Source of the DNA: Rhodobacteraceae bacterium HLUCCA09
GTDB lineage: Bacteria > Pseudomonadota > Alphaproteobacteria > Rhodobacterales > Rhodobacteraceae
Assembly (NCBI GenBank): GCA_001314685.1
Contig: LJNT01000118.1
Span: 2,472-66,471, forward strand
Reading direction: 5' to 3'
Length of the DNA stretch: 64,000 nucleotides
Part shown: one piece after another, positions 8,225 through 16,596 of the stretch
Layout of the letters: each line of letters begins with the position of its first letter
Numbering within the stretch: position 1 is the stretch's first letter
Notes under the pieces: generated by a model
Databases searched by the model: none
Told to the model about the DNA's origin: nothing
Seen by the model: the letters and a program-made list of their open reading frames with translations, nothing else
Translations under genes and position numbers: made by a program

Positions 8225-9799
8225 GTGAGCGACAGCCAGCCAGAGCGCCTCTACGCCGCCCGCGAGCCGATCTTTCCCAAGCAGGTGCACGGCTCGTTCC
8301 GCACGCTGAAATGGGCGATCATGATCGTCACGCTCGGTATCTACTACCTGACGCCGTGGGTCAGGTGGGACCGCGGGCCGAATCTGCCCGACCAGGCGGT
8401 GCTGGTCGATCTCGCCAACCGGCGGTTCTTCTTCTTCTGGATCGAGATCTGGCCGCACGAGTTCTACTTCGTGGCCGGCCTGCTGATCATGGCCGGCCTT
8501 GGGCTGTTCCTGTTCACGTCCGCGCTCGGGCGCGTCTGGTGCGGGTATACCTGCCCGCAGACGGTCTGGACCGACCTCTTCATCGCCGTAGAGCGATGGA
8601 TCGAGGGCGACCGCAACGCGCGTATCCGCCTGCACCGGCAGGAAAAGCTCGACGCGCGCAAGCTGCGGCTACGGGTCACGAAATATGTCGTCTGGCTGCT
8701 GATCGCGGTGGCGACGGGCGGGGCGTGGGTGTTCTACTTCACGGATGCGCCGACGCTGCTGGTCGATCTCGCCACCTTCTCGGCCCACCCCGCTGCCTAC
8801 ACCACCATCGCCATCCTGACCGCGACGACCTTCCTCTTCGGCGGCTTCGCGCGCGAACAGATCTGCATCTACGCCTGCCCCTGGCCGCGCATCCAGGGCG
8901 CGATGATGGACGAGGACACGATCACCGTCGGCTACCGCGAGTGGCGCGGCGAGCCGCGCGGAAAGGGCAACGTGCGCCGCACGCCCAAGGCCGAGGCGGT
9001 GCAGGCGGAAGCCATCGCGCCCTTCGCCGGGCCGGAGAACGGCCCCGGCGGGGCAGTCTACCCCGCAACGCCCTATCCCGGCCGCGACCGGCAGGTGGGC
9101 GGCGACATTCCCGCGGGCGCCGATGTCGGCCCCGGCGACTGCATCGACTGCATGGCCTGCGTCAACGTCTGCCCGATGGGCATCGACATCCGCGACGGCC
9201 AGCAGCTCGAATGCATCACCTGCGCGCTGTGCATCGACGCCTGCGACGAGATCATGGCCAAGATCGGCAAGCCCCGCGGCCTGATCGACTACCTCGCCCT
9301 GTCCGACGAAGGGCGCGAGCGGGCTGGCGGAGAGCCCAGGCCGGTGTGGAAGCACATCCTGCGGCCCCGGACCATCCTCTACACGACGCTGTGGTCGCTG
9401 GTGGGAATCGGCCTCGTCGTGGCGCTGTTCGTGCGGCCCGACATCTCGATGACCGTCGCGCCCGAGCGCAACCCGATCTACGTCACGCTGTCGGACGGCA
9501 CGATCCGCAACACCTACGACATCCGGCTTCGCAACAAGCACGGCGACGACCGGCGTTTCCGCCTGTCGCTTCGCGGGCCGTCGGAGTTGCGCGTGGCGGT
9601 CCAGGGCACGCCTTACGAAAGCTTCGTCGTGCCCGCCGATACGACCGACCTCGTGCGCGTCTACGTGCTCGCCCCGCCCGGCTCGGCGGCGGCCGAGGGC
9701 GAGCGCTCCGAGATCCGGTTCTGGGTCGAGGACCTGCAGAGCGGCGAGCGCGTGCACACGGACAGCACCTTCATTGGAACCGGAGCGGCGGCGGAGTGA
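8225..9799 (+). CDS. ccoG: CcoG/FixG/RdxB cbb3 oxidase accessory protein (4Fe-4S ferredoxin-type)
   Basis: LYAAREPIFPKQVHGSFRTLKWAIM...YYLTPWVRW N-terminus. Cys clusters CIYACPWP and CIDCMACVNVCPMG...CITCALCIDACD. GTG 8225 is preferred to ATG 8153, which lies inside the FNR box. Confidence 0.9.
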   Translation: MSDSQPERLYAAREPIFPKQVHGSFRTLKWAIMIVTLGIYYLTPWVRWDRGPNLPDQAVLVDLANRRFFFFWIEIWPHEFYFVAGLLIMAGLGLFLFTSALGRVWCGYTCPQTVWTDLFIAVERWIEGDRNARIRLHRQEKLDARKLRLRVTKYVVWLLIAVATGGAWVFYFTDAPTLLVDLATFSAHPAAYTTIAILTATTFLFGGFAREQICIYACPWPRIQGAMMDEDTITVGYREWRGEPRGKGNVRRTPKAEAVQAEAIAPFAGPENGPGGAVYPATPYPGRDRQVGGDIPAGADVGPGDCIDCMACVNVCPMGIDIRDGQQLECITCALCIDACDEIMAKIGKPRGLIDYLALSDEGRERAGGEPRPVWKHILRPRTILYTTLWSLVGIGLVVALFVRPDISMTVAPERNPIYVTLSDGTIRNTYDIRLRNKHGDDRRFRLSLRGPSELRVAVQGTPYESFVVPADTTDLVRVYVLAPPGSAAAEGERSEIRFWVEDLQSGERVHTDSTFIGTGAAAE

Positions 9800-9824
9800 C
9801 CCGCCGCCCGACAGGGAGCGAACG

Positions 9825-10301
9825 ATGAGCGACACGGCGCATGACGACGGGAAGGGCAAGCTGACGGGGCGGCACGTGGCCCTGATCTTCGTCGGTTTCT
9901 TCGGCACGATCTTCGCGGTGAACGGCTTCATGGCGTGGATGGCGGTGGGCACCTTCCCCGGGCTGGAGGCCAGGAACGGCTTCGCCGAGAGCCAGACCTT
10001 CGAGGCGCGGCGCGATGCGCAGGAGGCGCTGGGCTGGGACGTGGCAGCAACGCTCGACGATGGCGTGCTCGCCATCGCGTTTACCGACGAGTCCGGCGCG
10101 CCGGTCGACGTGGCCAAGATGGAAGCGGTCGTGGGCAAGGCGACGAGCGTGTCGCACGACGTGACGCCCGAGTTCACCCACCGGGGCGGCACCTTCCATA
10201 CGCCGCTCGATCTCGGCCCCGGCAACTGGAACATTCGCCTGACCGCCCACGCGCCCGACGGCACGCTCTTTGCGCGGCGGGTGGTGCTGCGGGTGAACTG
10301 A
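9825..10301 (+). CDS. ccoH: CcoH/FixH family protein
   Basis: 158 aa with a single N-terminal TM segment GRHVALIFVGFFGTIFAVNGFMAWMAV. Sits between ccoG and ccoI. Confidence 0.85.
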   Translation: MSDTAHDDGKGKLTGRHVALIFVGFFGTIFAVNGFMAWMAVGTFPGLEARNGFAESQTFEARRDAQEALGWDVAATLDDGVLAIAFTDESGAPVDVAKMEAVVGKATSVSHDVTPEFTHRGGTFHTPLDLGPGNWNIRLTAHAPDGTLFARRVVLRVN

Positions 10302-10335
10302 CCCCGGCGGCGCGCCAACTGTCGGCGGCGCGACT

Positions 10336-10358
10336 GCGTATTTGGAACAGAAAGAAGC
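10336..10358 (+). repeat. Dispersed intergenic repeat, copy A (GCGTATTTGGAACAGAAAGAAGC)
   Basis: AT-rich core in the ccoH-ccoI spacer. Related cores at 20061-20086, 35616-35638, 35722-35744 and 55002-55027. Confidence 0.75.
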
Positions 10359-10409
10359 GGGGGGTGCGCGCGGGCGGGTCCCCTCGCCGCCGCGAGAGGC
10401 CCGAGGCCC

Positions 10410-12614
10410 ATGACCGACACGACGACCGACGCCCTTTCAGACGCGCCTTCGGCCTGCCCGGCCTGCGCGGCCACGCCCATGGCGCGGCGGCAGGCGGTGG
10501 CCGCGGCGGCCGAGGCGCAGGCGGGGCGGGTGATGCTGTCGCTGCCCGGGATCCGCTGCGCAGGCTGCATCACCGGTGTCGAGAAGGCGCTGGCGGCGGA
10601 GCCGGGAGTGCGCTCGGCGCGGGTGAACTTCACGCTCAAGCGCGCGACGGTCGAGACCGACCCTGGCGTGCCCCCCGCGCGCCTGATCGCCGCGCTCGAC
10701 CGGGCGGGCCACACCGCGCACGAACTCGACGCCTCGGCCCTGTCGATGACCGAGACCGACCGGGCGGGCCGCGACCTGCTGATGCGCCTCGCCGTGGCGG
10801 GCTTCGCGGCGATGAACGTGATGCTCCTGTCGGTGGCGGTCTGGTCGGGCGCGGCCGACGCCACGCGCGACCTGTTCCACTGGATCTCGGCGGCCATCGC
10901 CATCCCCGCCGTGATCTTCTCGGGCCGGCCCTTCTACGTCTCGGCCTGGGGGGCGCTGCGCAAGGGGCGGCTCAACATGGACGTGCCGATCACTCTGGCC
11001 ATCGTGCTGGCCGTGGGCACCTCGCTGTGGGAGACGTCGCTTTCGGGCAAGCACGCCTATTTCGACGCGGCGATCGCGCTCGTCTTCTTCCTGCTCGGCG
11101 GCCGCTATCTCGACCACCGCACCCGTGCCGTCGCCCGCTCGGCGGCCGAGGAACTGGCCGCGCTGGAAGTGCCCCGCGCCGCGCGCATCGCGGGCGGCCG
11201 CGAAGAGGAGGTGCGCGTGGGCGACCTGGCCGTGGGCGACCTCGTGCGGGTGAAGCCCGGCGGGCGGATGCCTGTCGACGGCGAGATCGTCGCCGGCACG
11301 TCGGAGCTGGACCGCGGCCTGCTGACCGGCGAGACGCGGCCCGTCTTCGCCGGGCCGGGGCAGGCCGTCAGCGCGGGCGAAGTGAACCTGACGGGCCCGC
11401 TCGATGTGCGGGTGACGGCGGCGGGGCGGGAGAGCTCTCTGCACCGCATGGCCGATCTCGTGGCCGTGGCCGAGAGCGCGAAGAACCGCTATACCTCGCT
11501 GGCCGACCGGGCCGCGGGCCTCTACGCCCCCGGCGTGCACATCCTGTCGGCGCTCGCGGGGATCGGCTGGTGGCTCTACACGGGCGATCTGCGCCTCGCG
11601 CTCAACATCGCCGCCGCAGTTCTCATCATCACTTGCCCCTGCGCGCTGGGCCTTGCCGTGCCGGCCGTCACCACCGCCGCCTCGGGGCGGCTGTTCCGGC
11701 AGGGCCTGCTCATCAAGGACGGCACCGCGCTGGAGCGTCTGGCCGAGGTCGACACCGTGCTCTTCGACAAGACGGGCACGCTGACCCTCGGGGCGCCCGA
11801 GGTGACGGGCCTCGACGCCCATGCGCGCGCCGACCTCGCCCTCGCCCGCGCGCTGGCCGAGGGCTCTGCCCACCCGCTGTCGCGCGCGCTGGCCGAGGCG
11901 GTGGCGGCGCGCGGCATCGCGCCCGCGCGGCTCGAGGGCCACCGCGAGGTGCCGGGCTACGGGGCGGAGGCGACGTGGCAGGGCCGCACCGTCCGCCTAG
12001 GACGCGCCGCCTGGGCGGGCGCCGCGCCCGGGGAGACGACAGCCGCGTGGCTCGCCGTCGAGGGGCGCGCGCCCATGGCCTTCACCTTTGCCGACCGGCT
12101 TCGGCCCGGCGCGCGCGAGGTGGTGGCGGGGCTGAAGGCGGCGGGCCTGCATGTCGCCCTCGTCTCGGGCGATGCGGCGCCCGCTGTCGCCCGGTTCGCC
12201 GGGAGCGTCGGGATCGACGACTGGACGGCAGAAGCCCTGCCCGAGGGCAAGGCCGCCCGTGTCGAGGCGCTGCACTCGGGCGGGGCGAAGGTGCTCTTCG
12301 TCGGCGACGGGCTCAACGACACCGCCGCTCTCGCCGCCGCCCATGCCTCGATCTCGCCGGCCACCGCACTCGACGCGGCGCGCACCGCCTCCGACATCGT
12401 GCTGCTGGGGTCCGACATCGCGCCCGTGGCAGGGGCGGTGACCACCGCGCGCTCCGCCGTGCGCCGCATCCGCGAGAACTTCGCCATCGCCACATGGTAC
12501 AACGTGATCGCCGTGCCCATCGCCATCGCCGGGTTCGCCACGCCGCTCGCCGCGGCGCTGGCCATGTCGGCCTCGTCGATCACCGTGTCGGTCAACGCGC
12601 TGAGGCTGCGCTGA
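10410..12614 (+). CDS. ccoI: CcoI/FixI copper-translocating P1B-type ATPase
   Basis: N-terminal HMA motif GIRCAGC, TM CPC motif ITCPCALG, phosphorylation site FDKTGTLT, hinge GDGLND. Confidence 0.92.
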   Translation: MTDTTTDALSDAPSACPACAATPMARRQAVAAAAEAQAGRVMLSLPGIRCAGCITGVEKALAAEPGVRSARVNFTLKRATVETDPGVPPARLIAALDRAGHTAHELDASALSMTETDRAGRDLLMRLAVAGFAAMNVMLLSVAVWSGAADATRDLFHWISAAIAIPAVIFSGRPFYVSAWGALRKGRLNMDVPITLAIVLAVGTSLWETSLSGKHAYFDAAIALVFFLLGGRYLDHRTRAVARSAAEELAALEVPRAARIAGGREEEVRVGDLAVGDLVRVKPGGRMPVDGEIVAGTSELDRGLLTGETRPVFAGPGQAVSAGEVNLTGPLDVRVTAAGRESSLHRMADLVAVAESAKNRYTSLADRAAGLYAPGVHILSALAGIGWWLYTGDLRLALNIAAAVLIITCPCALGLAVPAVTTAASGRLFRQGLLIKDGTALERLAEVDTVLFDKTGTLTLGAPEVTGLDAHARADLALARALAEGSAHPLSRALAEAVAARGIAPARLEGHREVPGYGAEATWQGRTVRLGRAAWAGAAPGETTAAWLAVEGRAPMAFTFADRLRPGAREVVAGLKAAGLHVALVSGDAAPAVARFAGSVGIDDWTAEALPEGKAARVEALHSGGAKVLFVGDGLNDTAALAAAHASISPATALDAARTASDIVLLGSDIAPVAGAVTTARSAVRRIRENFAIATWYNVIAVPIAIAGFATPLAAALAMSASSITVSVNALRLR

Positions 12615-12775
12615 TGGAGGTGCTCGCCATCCTCATCCCCGTGGCGCTGGTTCTCGGCGGGATCGGCCTCGCGGCCTTCTCCTGGGCGGTGCGCTCCGAC
12701 CAGTTCGACGACCCCGAGGGCGACGCCCGCCGCATCCTCGACGACGAATACGACGACAGCCCGCGCGGAGAGTGA
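12614..12775 (+). CDS. ccoS: CcoS/FixS cbb3 oxidase maturation protein
   Basis: 53 aa. MEVLAILIPVALVLGGIGLAAFSWAVRSDQFDDPEGDARRIL. ATG overlaps the ccoI stop (TGATG). Confidence 0.85.
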   Translation: MEVLAILIPVALVLGGIGLAAFSWAVRSDQFDDPEGDARRILDDEYDDSPRGE

Positions 12776-13210
12776 CCGGGCTGCAGGCCGGCCCTGCCCC
12801 GCAGCCGCCAATGACGAGCGCCGACGCCGTCGGCGAGGCACGCATCACCTGGCCCCGCCCGGCGACCTCTGCGGCGCTCTCTCGGAAAGACCCGATGGTG
12901 CGGATCATCCGGTGGGCAGGTGGCCGCCTCCCCGTGTCCACTGCACTGATGCAAGGCGATGCAACTGCGGATGCCGCGGCGTCGGACGACGCCCTACACG
13001 CGGGTGGGCGAGGCGGCCCGCGCCTTCCCCGGCCTGCCGCATGACATGCCACGACAGCACGCCGTCGACGCCGAGCGGCATGGCCGGGGTGCAGCCCTGC
13101 AGCCTGTCGCAACCGAGCCGCAGCACGGATGGGCGCGGGAGAGGGGTGCATCCGCTGGGACGGGCGCGTTCCGGCCCTGGCTGCGCGCCCGCGCGACCGC
13201 CGACCCGGGA

Positions 13211-13999
13211 TCAGGCCGCGTCGCGCGCCGCCGCTTCCGATCGCAGGAAGGCCGGGCGGCCGGGCTCCGACAGGTCGGGGGCATGGGCGTAGCCGCCGGC
13301 ATCGAAATCGCGGATCGCGTCGGGGTCGGTCAGCCGCCGCTCGACGATGAAGCGGGCCATCGCGCCCCGCGCCTTCTTGGCGAAGAAGCTGACGATCTTC
13401 GGCCCGCCCGGCTTGTCCTCGAGGAAGACCGGCGTGACGACGGGGATCTCGAGCGCCGAGGTGTCGACCGCGCCGAAATACTCCTGGCTCGCGCAGTTGA
13501 CGAGGGCGCGTGCGCCCGTCGCCTCGGCCTGCTGCTGGAGAGCGCGCCCCAGCCGGTCGCCCCAATACGCGTAGAGATCCTTCCCCTTCCGCGTCTTCAG
13601 CTTCGAGCCCATCTCGAGCCGGTAGGGCTGAATCGCGTCGAGCGGGCGCAGCACGCCGTAGAGCCCCGACAGGATGCGGAGGTGATCCTGCGCCCAGTCG
13701 AGCGCGTCCGCGTCGAGCGATTTCGCTTCGAGCCCGGCATAGGTGTCGCCGGCGAAGGCGCGGGCGGCGGGGCGGGTGCGCTCGTCCGCAGGCTCGGCCT
13801 CGAAGGCGGCGAAGCGATCCTTGTTGAGCCTGGCGAGGTCGGCCGAAATGTCCATCAGCTTCTGAAGGTCGGCTTTCGAGAGGCGCCCCGCGGCCTTCGC
13901 CAGTTTCACCGCATCGTCCTGGAAGGCGGGAGCGGTGGGCATGACTCCCTCCACCTCCGACCAGTCGAGGCGCTTGGCGGGCGAGATGACGACGAGCAT
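13211..13999 (-). CDS. yaaA: YaaA (UPF0246) peroxide stress protein
   Basis: 262 aa. MLVVISPAKRLDW... N-terminus and overall pattern of the YaaA family. Confidence 0.88.
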   Translation of the reverse strand: MLVVISPAKRLDWSEVEGVMPTAPAFQDDAVKLAKAAGRLSKADLQKLMDISADLARLNKDRFAAFEAEPADERTRPAARAFAGDTYAGLEAKSLDADALDWAQDHLRILSGLYGVLRPLDAIQPYRLEMGSKLKTRKGKDLYAYWGDRLGRALQQQAEATGARALVNCASQEYFGAVDTSALEIPVVTPVFLEDKPGGPKIVSFFAKKARGAMARFIVERRLTDPDAIRDFDAGGYAHAPDLSEPGRPAFLRSEAAARDAA

Positions 14000-14237
14000 G
14001 GGCGGTCCTCCGGTTGTGCGGCGCAGGATAACGTGGTGGCGCGCCGGGTCCAGCCCCGCGCGTGCCTGGCCCCGCGTGGGCCGGCACGCTCTCCCCGCCG
14101 TCGGGGCGGCTTCGCACGGGCGTTACCCATGGGGCCACGCACCGGCCATCCGTGCCGAAACGCCGGCATCGCGACGCGCTCCCCTTCCAGTCGCGGGGCA
14201 GGCCATTCGCCGCGGGCCGGGCGCCGGTGGAGCCGCG

Positions 14238-15131
14238 CTACAGGAGCCGGCGTGGATCGGCGAGGTAGCGGGCATATGCAACGAGGAAGCGCGCGGCGTC
14301 AGCCCCGTTGATGACCCGGTGATCGTAGGAGAGAGCGAGCGGGGACATGGGGCGGGGCCGGAAGCTCTCGCCGTCCCAGACCGGCACCTGCTCTGTCCGG
14401 GTGATGCCGAGGATGGCCACCTCGGGCGGATTGACGATGGGAGTGAAGGCCGTGCCGCCGATGCCGCCGAGGTTCGAGATGGTCATCGAGGCGCCCCCCA
14501 TCTCGTCGGGCCGGACCTTGCGCGCCTGTGCCCGGTCCGCGAGATCGGCGATTTCGCCGGCGATCGCCAGCAGGCCCTTGCGGTCGGCGTCGCGGATCAC
14601 CGGCACCATCAGGCCGTGGGCGGTATCGACCGCGATGCCGACATGCACGTAGTCCTTCAGGATCAGCGTCTCGCCATCGGCCGAGAGCGAGGCGTTGAAC
14701 CGCTCGAAGTCCCGCAGGCAGCGCGCGAGCGCCTTGACGTGGAAGGCGAGCCTGGTCAGCCGCACGCCCTTTGCCCGCGCCTCGTCCTTCACCCGCGCGC
14801 GGAACGCCTCGACCTCGGTCAGGTCGGCGCGGTCGTGGTGAGTGACGGCGGGGATCAGCGCCTGCGCCGCGGCGAGGTTCCGCGCCGCGACGCGGGCGAA
14901 GCGGCTGACCGGCTCCTCGCGGACGGGGCCGAAGGCGGCGTGGTCGACGTCCCAATAGCTCGTGTCGGCGGTGGCGGGCGTGGCCTGCCCGGCAGAGCCG
15001 GTGCCTGTCACGTCTTCCCGGCCGATGGTCTCGCGGCCGAGATCGCGGGCGAGCGCGGTCAGGTCGACGCCGCGCTCGGCGGCGAGCTTGCGCACGGAGG
15101 GGCTGGCGATCACGTCTGCCATGCTCACCAC
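14238..15131 (-). CDS. 2-oxoacid/acetoin dehydrogenase E2 core without lipoyl domain (subunit-binding domain + acyltransferase catalytic domain)
   Basis: 297 aa. PSBD block [16 protein letters not shown]. Catalytic domain with [10 protein letters not shown] and [16 protein letters not shown]. No lipoyl-lysine (xDKA) motif. Confidence 0.85.
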   Translation of the reverse strand: MVSMADVIASPSVRKLAAERGVDLTALARDLGRETIGREDVTGTGSAGQATPATADTSYWDVDHAAFGPVREEPVSRFARVAARNLAAAQALIPAVTHHDRADLTEVEAFRARVKDEARAKGVRLTRLAFHVKALARCLRDFERFNASLSADGETLILKDYVHVGIAVDTAHGLMVPVIRDADRKGLLAIAGEIADLADRAQARKVRPDEMGGASMTISNLGGIGGTAFTPIVNPPEVAILGITRTEQVPVWDGESFRPRPMSPLALSYDHRVINGADAARFLVAYARYLADPRRLL

Positions 15132-16582
15132 TCCGCCGAAATGTACTGGGCTTCCATGAACTCGTGCATCCCCTCGTGGCCGCCCTCGCGCCCCAGCCCC
15201 GACTGCTTGGTGCCGCCGAAGGGCGCGGCCGGGTCTGAGACGAGTCCGCGGTTCAGCCCCACCATGCCGTAGTCGAGCCTTTCCGACACCTGCAGGCCGC
15301 GCCGGAAGTCGCCGGAGAAGACGTAGGCGACAAGGCCGTACTCGGTGTCGTTGGCGCGGCGGACCACGTCGCCCTCGTCGGTGAAGGTCTGGATCGCGGC
15401 GACCGGGCCGAAGATCTCGTCATGCACGCAGTCGGCATTCTCCGGCACGTCGGTCAGCACCGTGGGCGGGTAGTAGAAGCCGCGCCCCCCCGGCAACTCA
15501 CCCCCGATCCGCAGCGTCGCGCCCTTCGCTACCGCGTCCTGCACGAAAGCATGCACCTTGTCGCGCGTGTCGGCGTTGACGAGCGGGCCGACATCGACGC
15601 CCTCCTCCAGCCCGTTGCCCACCTTCAGCGCGCCCATCGCCTCGGTCATCTTCCGCGCGAAGTCTTCCGCCACCGCCTCGTGCACGTAGAAGCGGTTGGC
15701 GGCGGTGCAGGCCTCGCCCAGGTTGCGCATCTTGGCCAGCATCGCGCCCTTCACCGCCGCGTCGATGTCGGCGTCGTCGAAGACGATCAGCGGCGCGTTG
15801 CCGCCAAGTTCCATCGCGGGCTTCAGCACCTGGTCGGCGGCGCCGCGCAGGAGCTTGCGGCCCACGGGCGTCGAGCCGGTGAACGAGATCACGCGCACCC
15901 GCGCATCGTGCATCAGGTGGTCGACCAGCTTGCCCGTCTGCTGCGAGGGCAGAACGTTGACGAGCCCCTTCGGCAGGCCCGCCTCCTCCAGAAGCGGCAT
16001 CAGGGCGAGCATGGTCAGAGGCGTCTCGGAGGCGGGCTTGATGATGCAGGGGCAGCCGGCGGCGAGCGCGGGCGCCAGCTTTCGGGTGCCCATCGCGGCG
16101 GGGTAGTTCCACGGCGTTACCAGCACGGCGATGCCGGCGGGCTTGTGGTGGACGAGGATGCGGGCGCCGGTCGAGGGGCCGCGCGTCAAGAGCCCGTCAG
16201 CGCGCACGGCCTCTTCCGAGAACCAGCGGAAGAACTCGGCGGCATAGGCAGCCTCGCCCATGGCGTCGCCCCGCGCCTTGCCGTTCTCCAGCGTGATGAG
16301 GCGGGCGAAATCCTCCAACCGCTCGGTCATCAGCTCCCACGCTTTCCGCAGCACTTCGGCCCGCTCGCGCGGCTTCCGCCCCGCCCAGTCGGCAAAGGCG
16401 GCCTGCGCGGCGTCGAGCGCGGCGTCGGCATCTTCCAGCGTGGCCGAGGCGACGGAGGCCAGCACGCTCTCGTCGGCGGGGTTGATCACGTCGAAGCGCG
16501 CGCCGTCCGACCCGGTCCGCCAGCCGCCGTCGATGTAGAGGTCCGTCGGCAGCGTCTCGAAGGTTGCGTCGAGCTTGGTCAT
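15125..16582 (-). CDS. NAD(P)-dependent aldehyde dehydrogenase, succinate-semialdehyde dehydrogenase-like
   Basis: 485 aa from internal start [15 protein letters not shown], catalytic Glu in MELGGNAP, catalytic Cys in GEACTAANR. The upstream part of the 811-aa track ORF is read-through. Confidence 0.88.
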   Translation of the reverse strand: MTKLDATFETLPTDLYIDGGWRTGSDGARFDVINPADESVLASVASATLEDADAALDAAQAAFADWAGRKPRERAEVLRKAWELMTERLEDFARLITLENGKARGDAMGEAAYAAEFFRWFSEEAVRADGLLTRGPSTGARILVHHKPAGIAVLVTPWNYPAAMGTRKLAPALAAGCPCIIKPASETPLTMLALMPLLEEAGLPKGLVNVLPSQQTGKLVDHLMHDARVRVISFTGSTPVGRKLLRGAADQVLKPAMELGGNAPLIVFDDADIDAAVKGAMLAKMRNLGEACTAANRFYVHEAVAEDFARKMTEAMGALKVGNGLEEGVDVGPLVNADTRDKVHAFVQDAVAKGATLRIGGELPGGRGFYYPPTVLTDVPENADCVHDEIFGPVAAIQTFTDEGDVVRRANDTEYGLVAYVFSGDFRRGLQVSERLDYGMVGLNRGLVSDPAAPFGGTKQSGLGREGGHEGMHEFMEAQYISAEW

Positions 16583-16596
16583 GGGTGCCTCCCGTA

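Noticed and set aside
8669-12775. Long alternative-frame ORFs overlapping the cco operon (8669-10903 minus, 9935-12775 plus)
   Set aside because: They are out of frame or antisense to ccoG/H/I, which have clear motifs. Only the last 162 nt of 9935-12775 (the ccoS frame from ATG 12614) is real coding.
12772-13044. 90-aa ORF in the ccoS-yaaA spacer
   Set aside because: The product is low complexity, third-position G+C decays along the ORF, there is no RBS and no family resemblance. It is not called as a gene.
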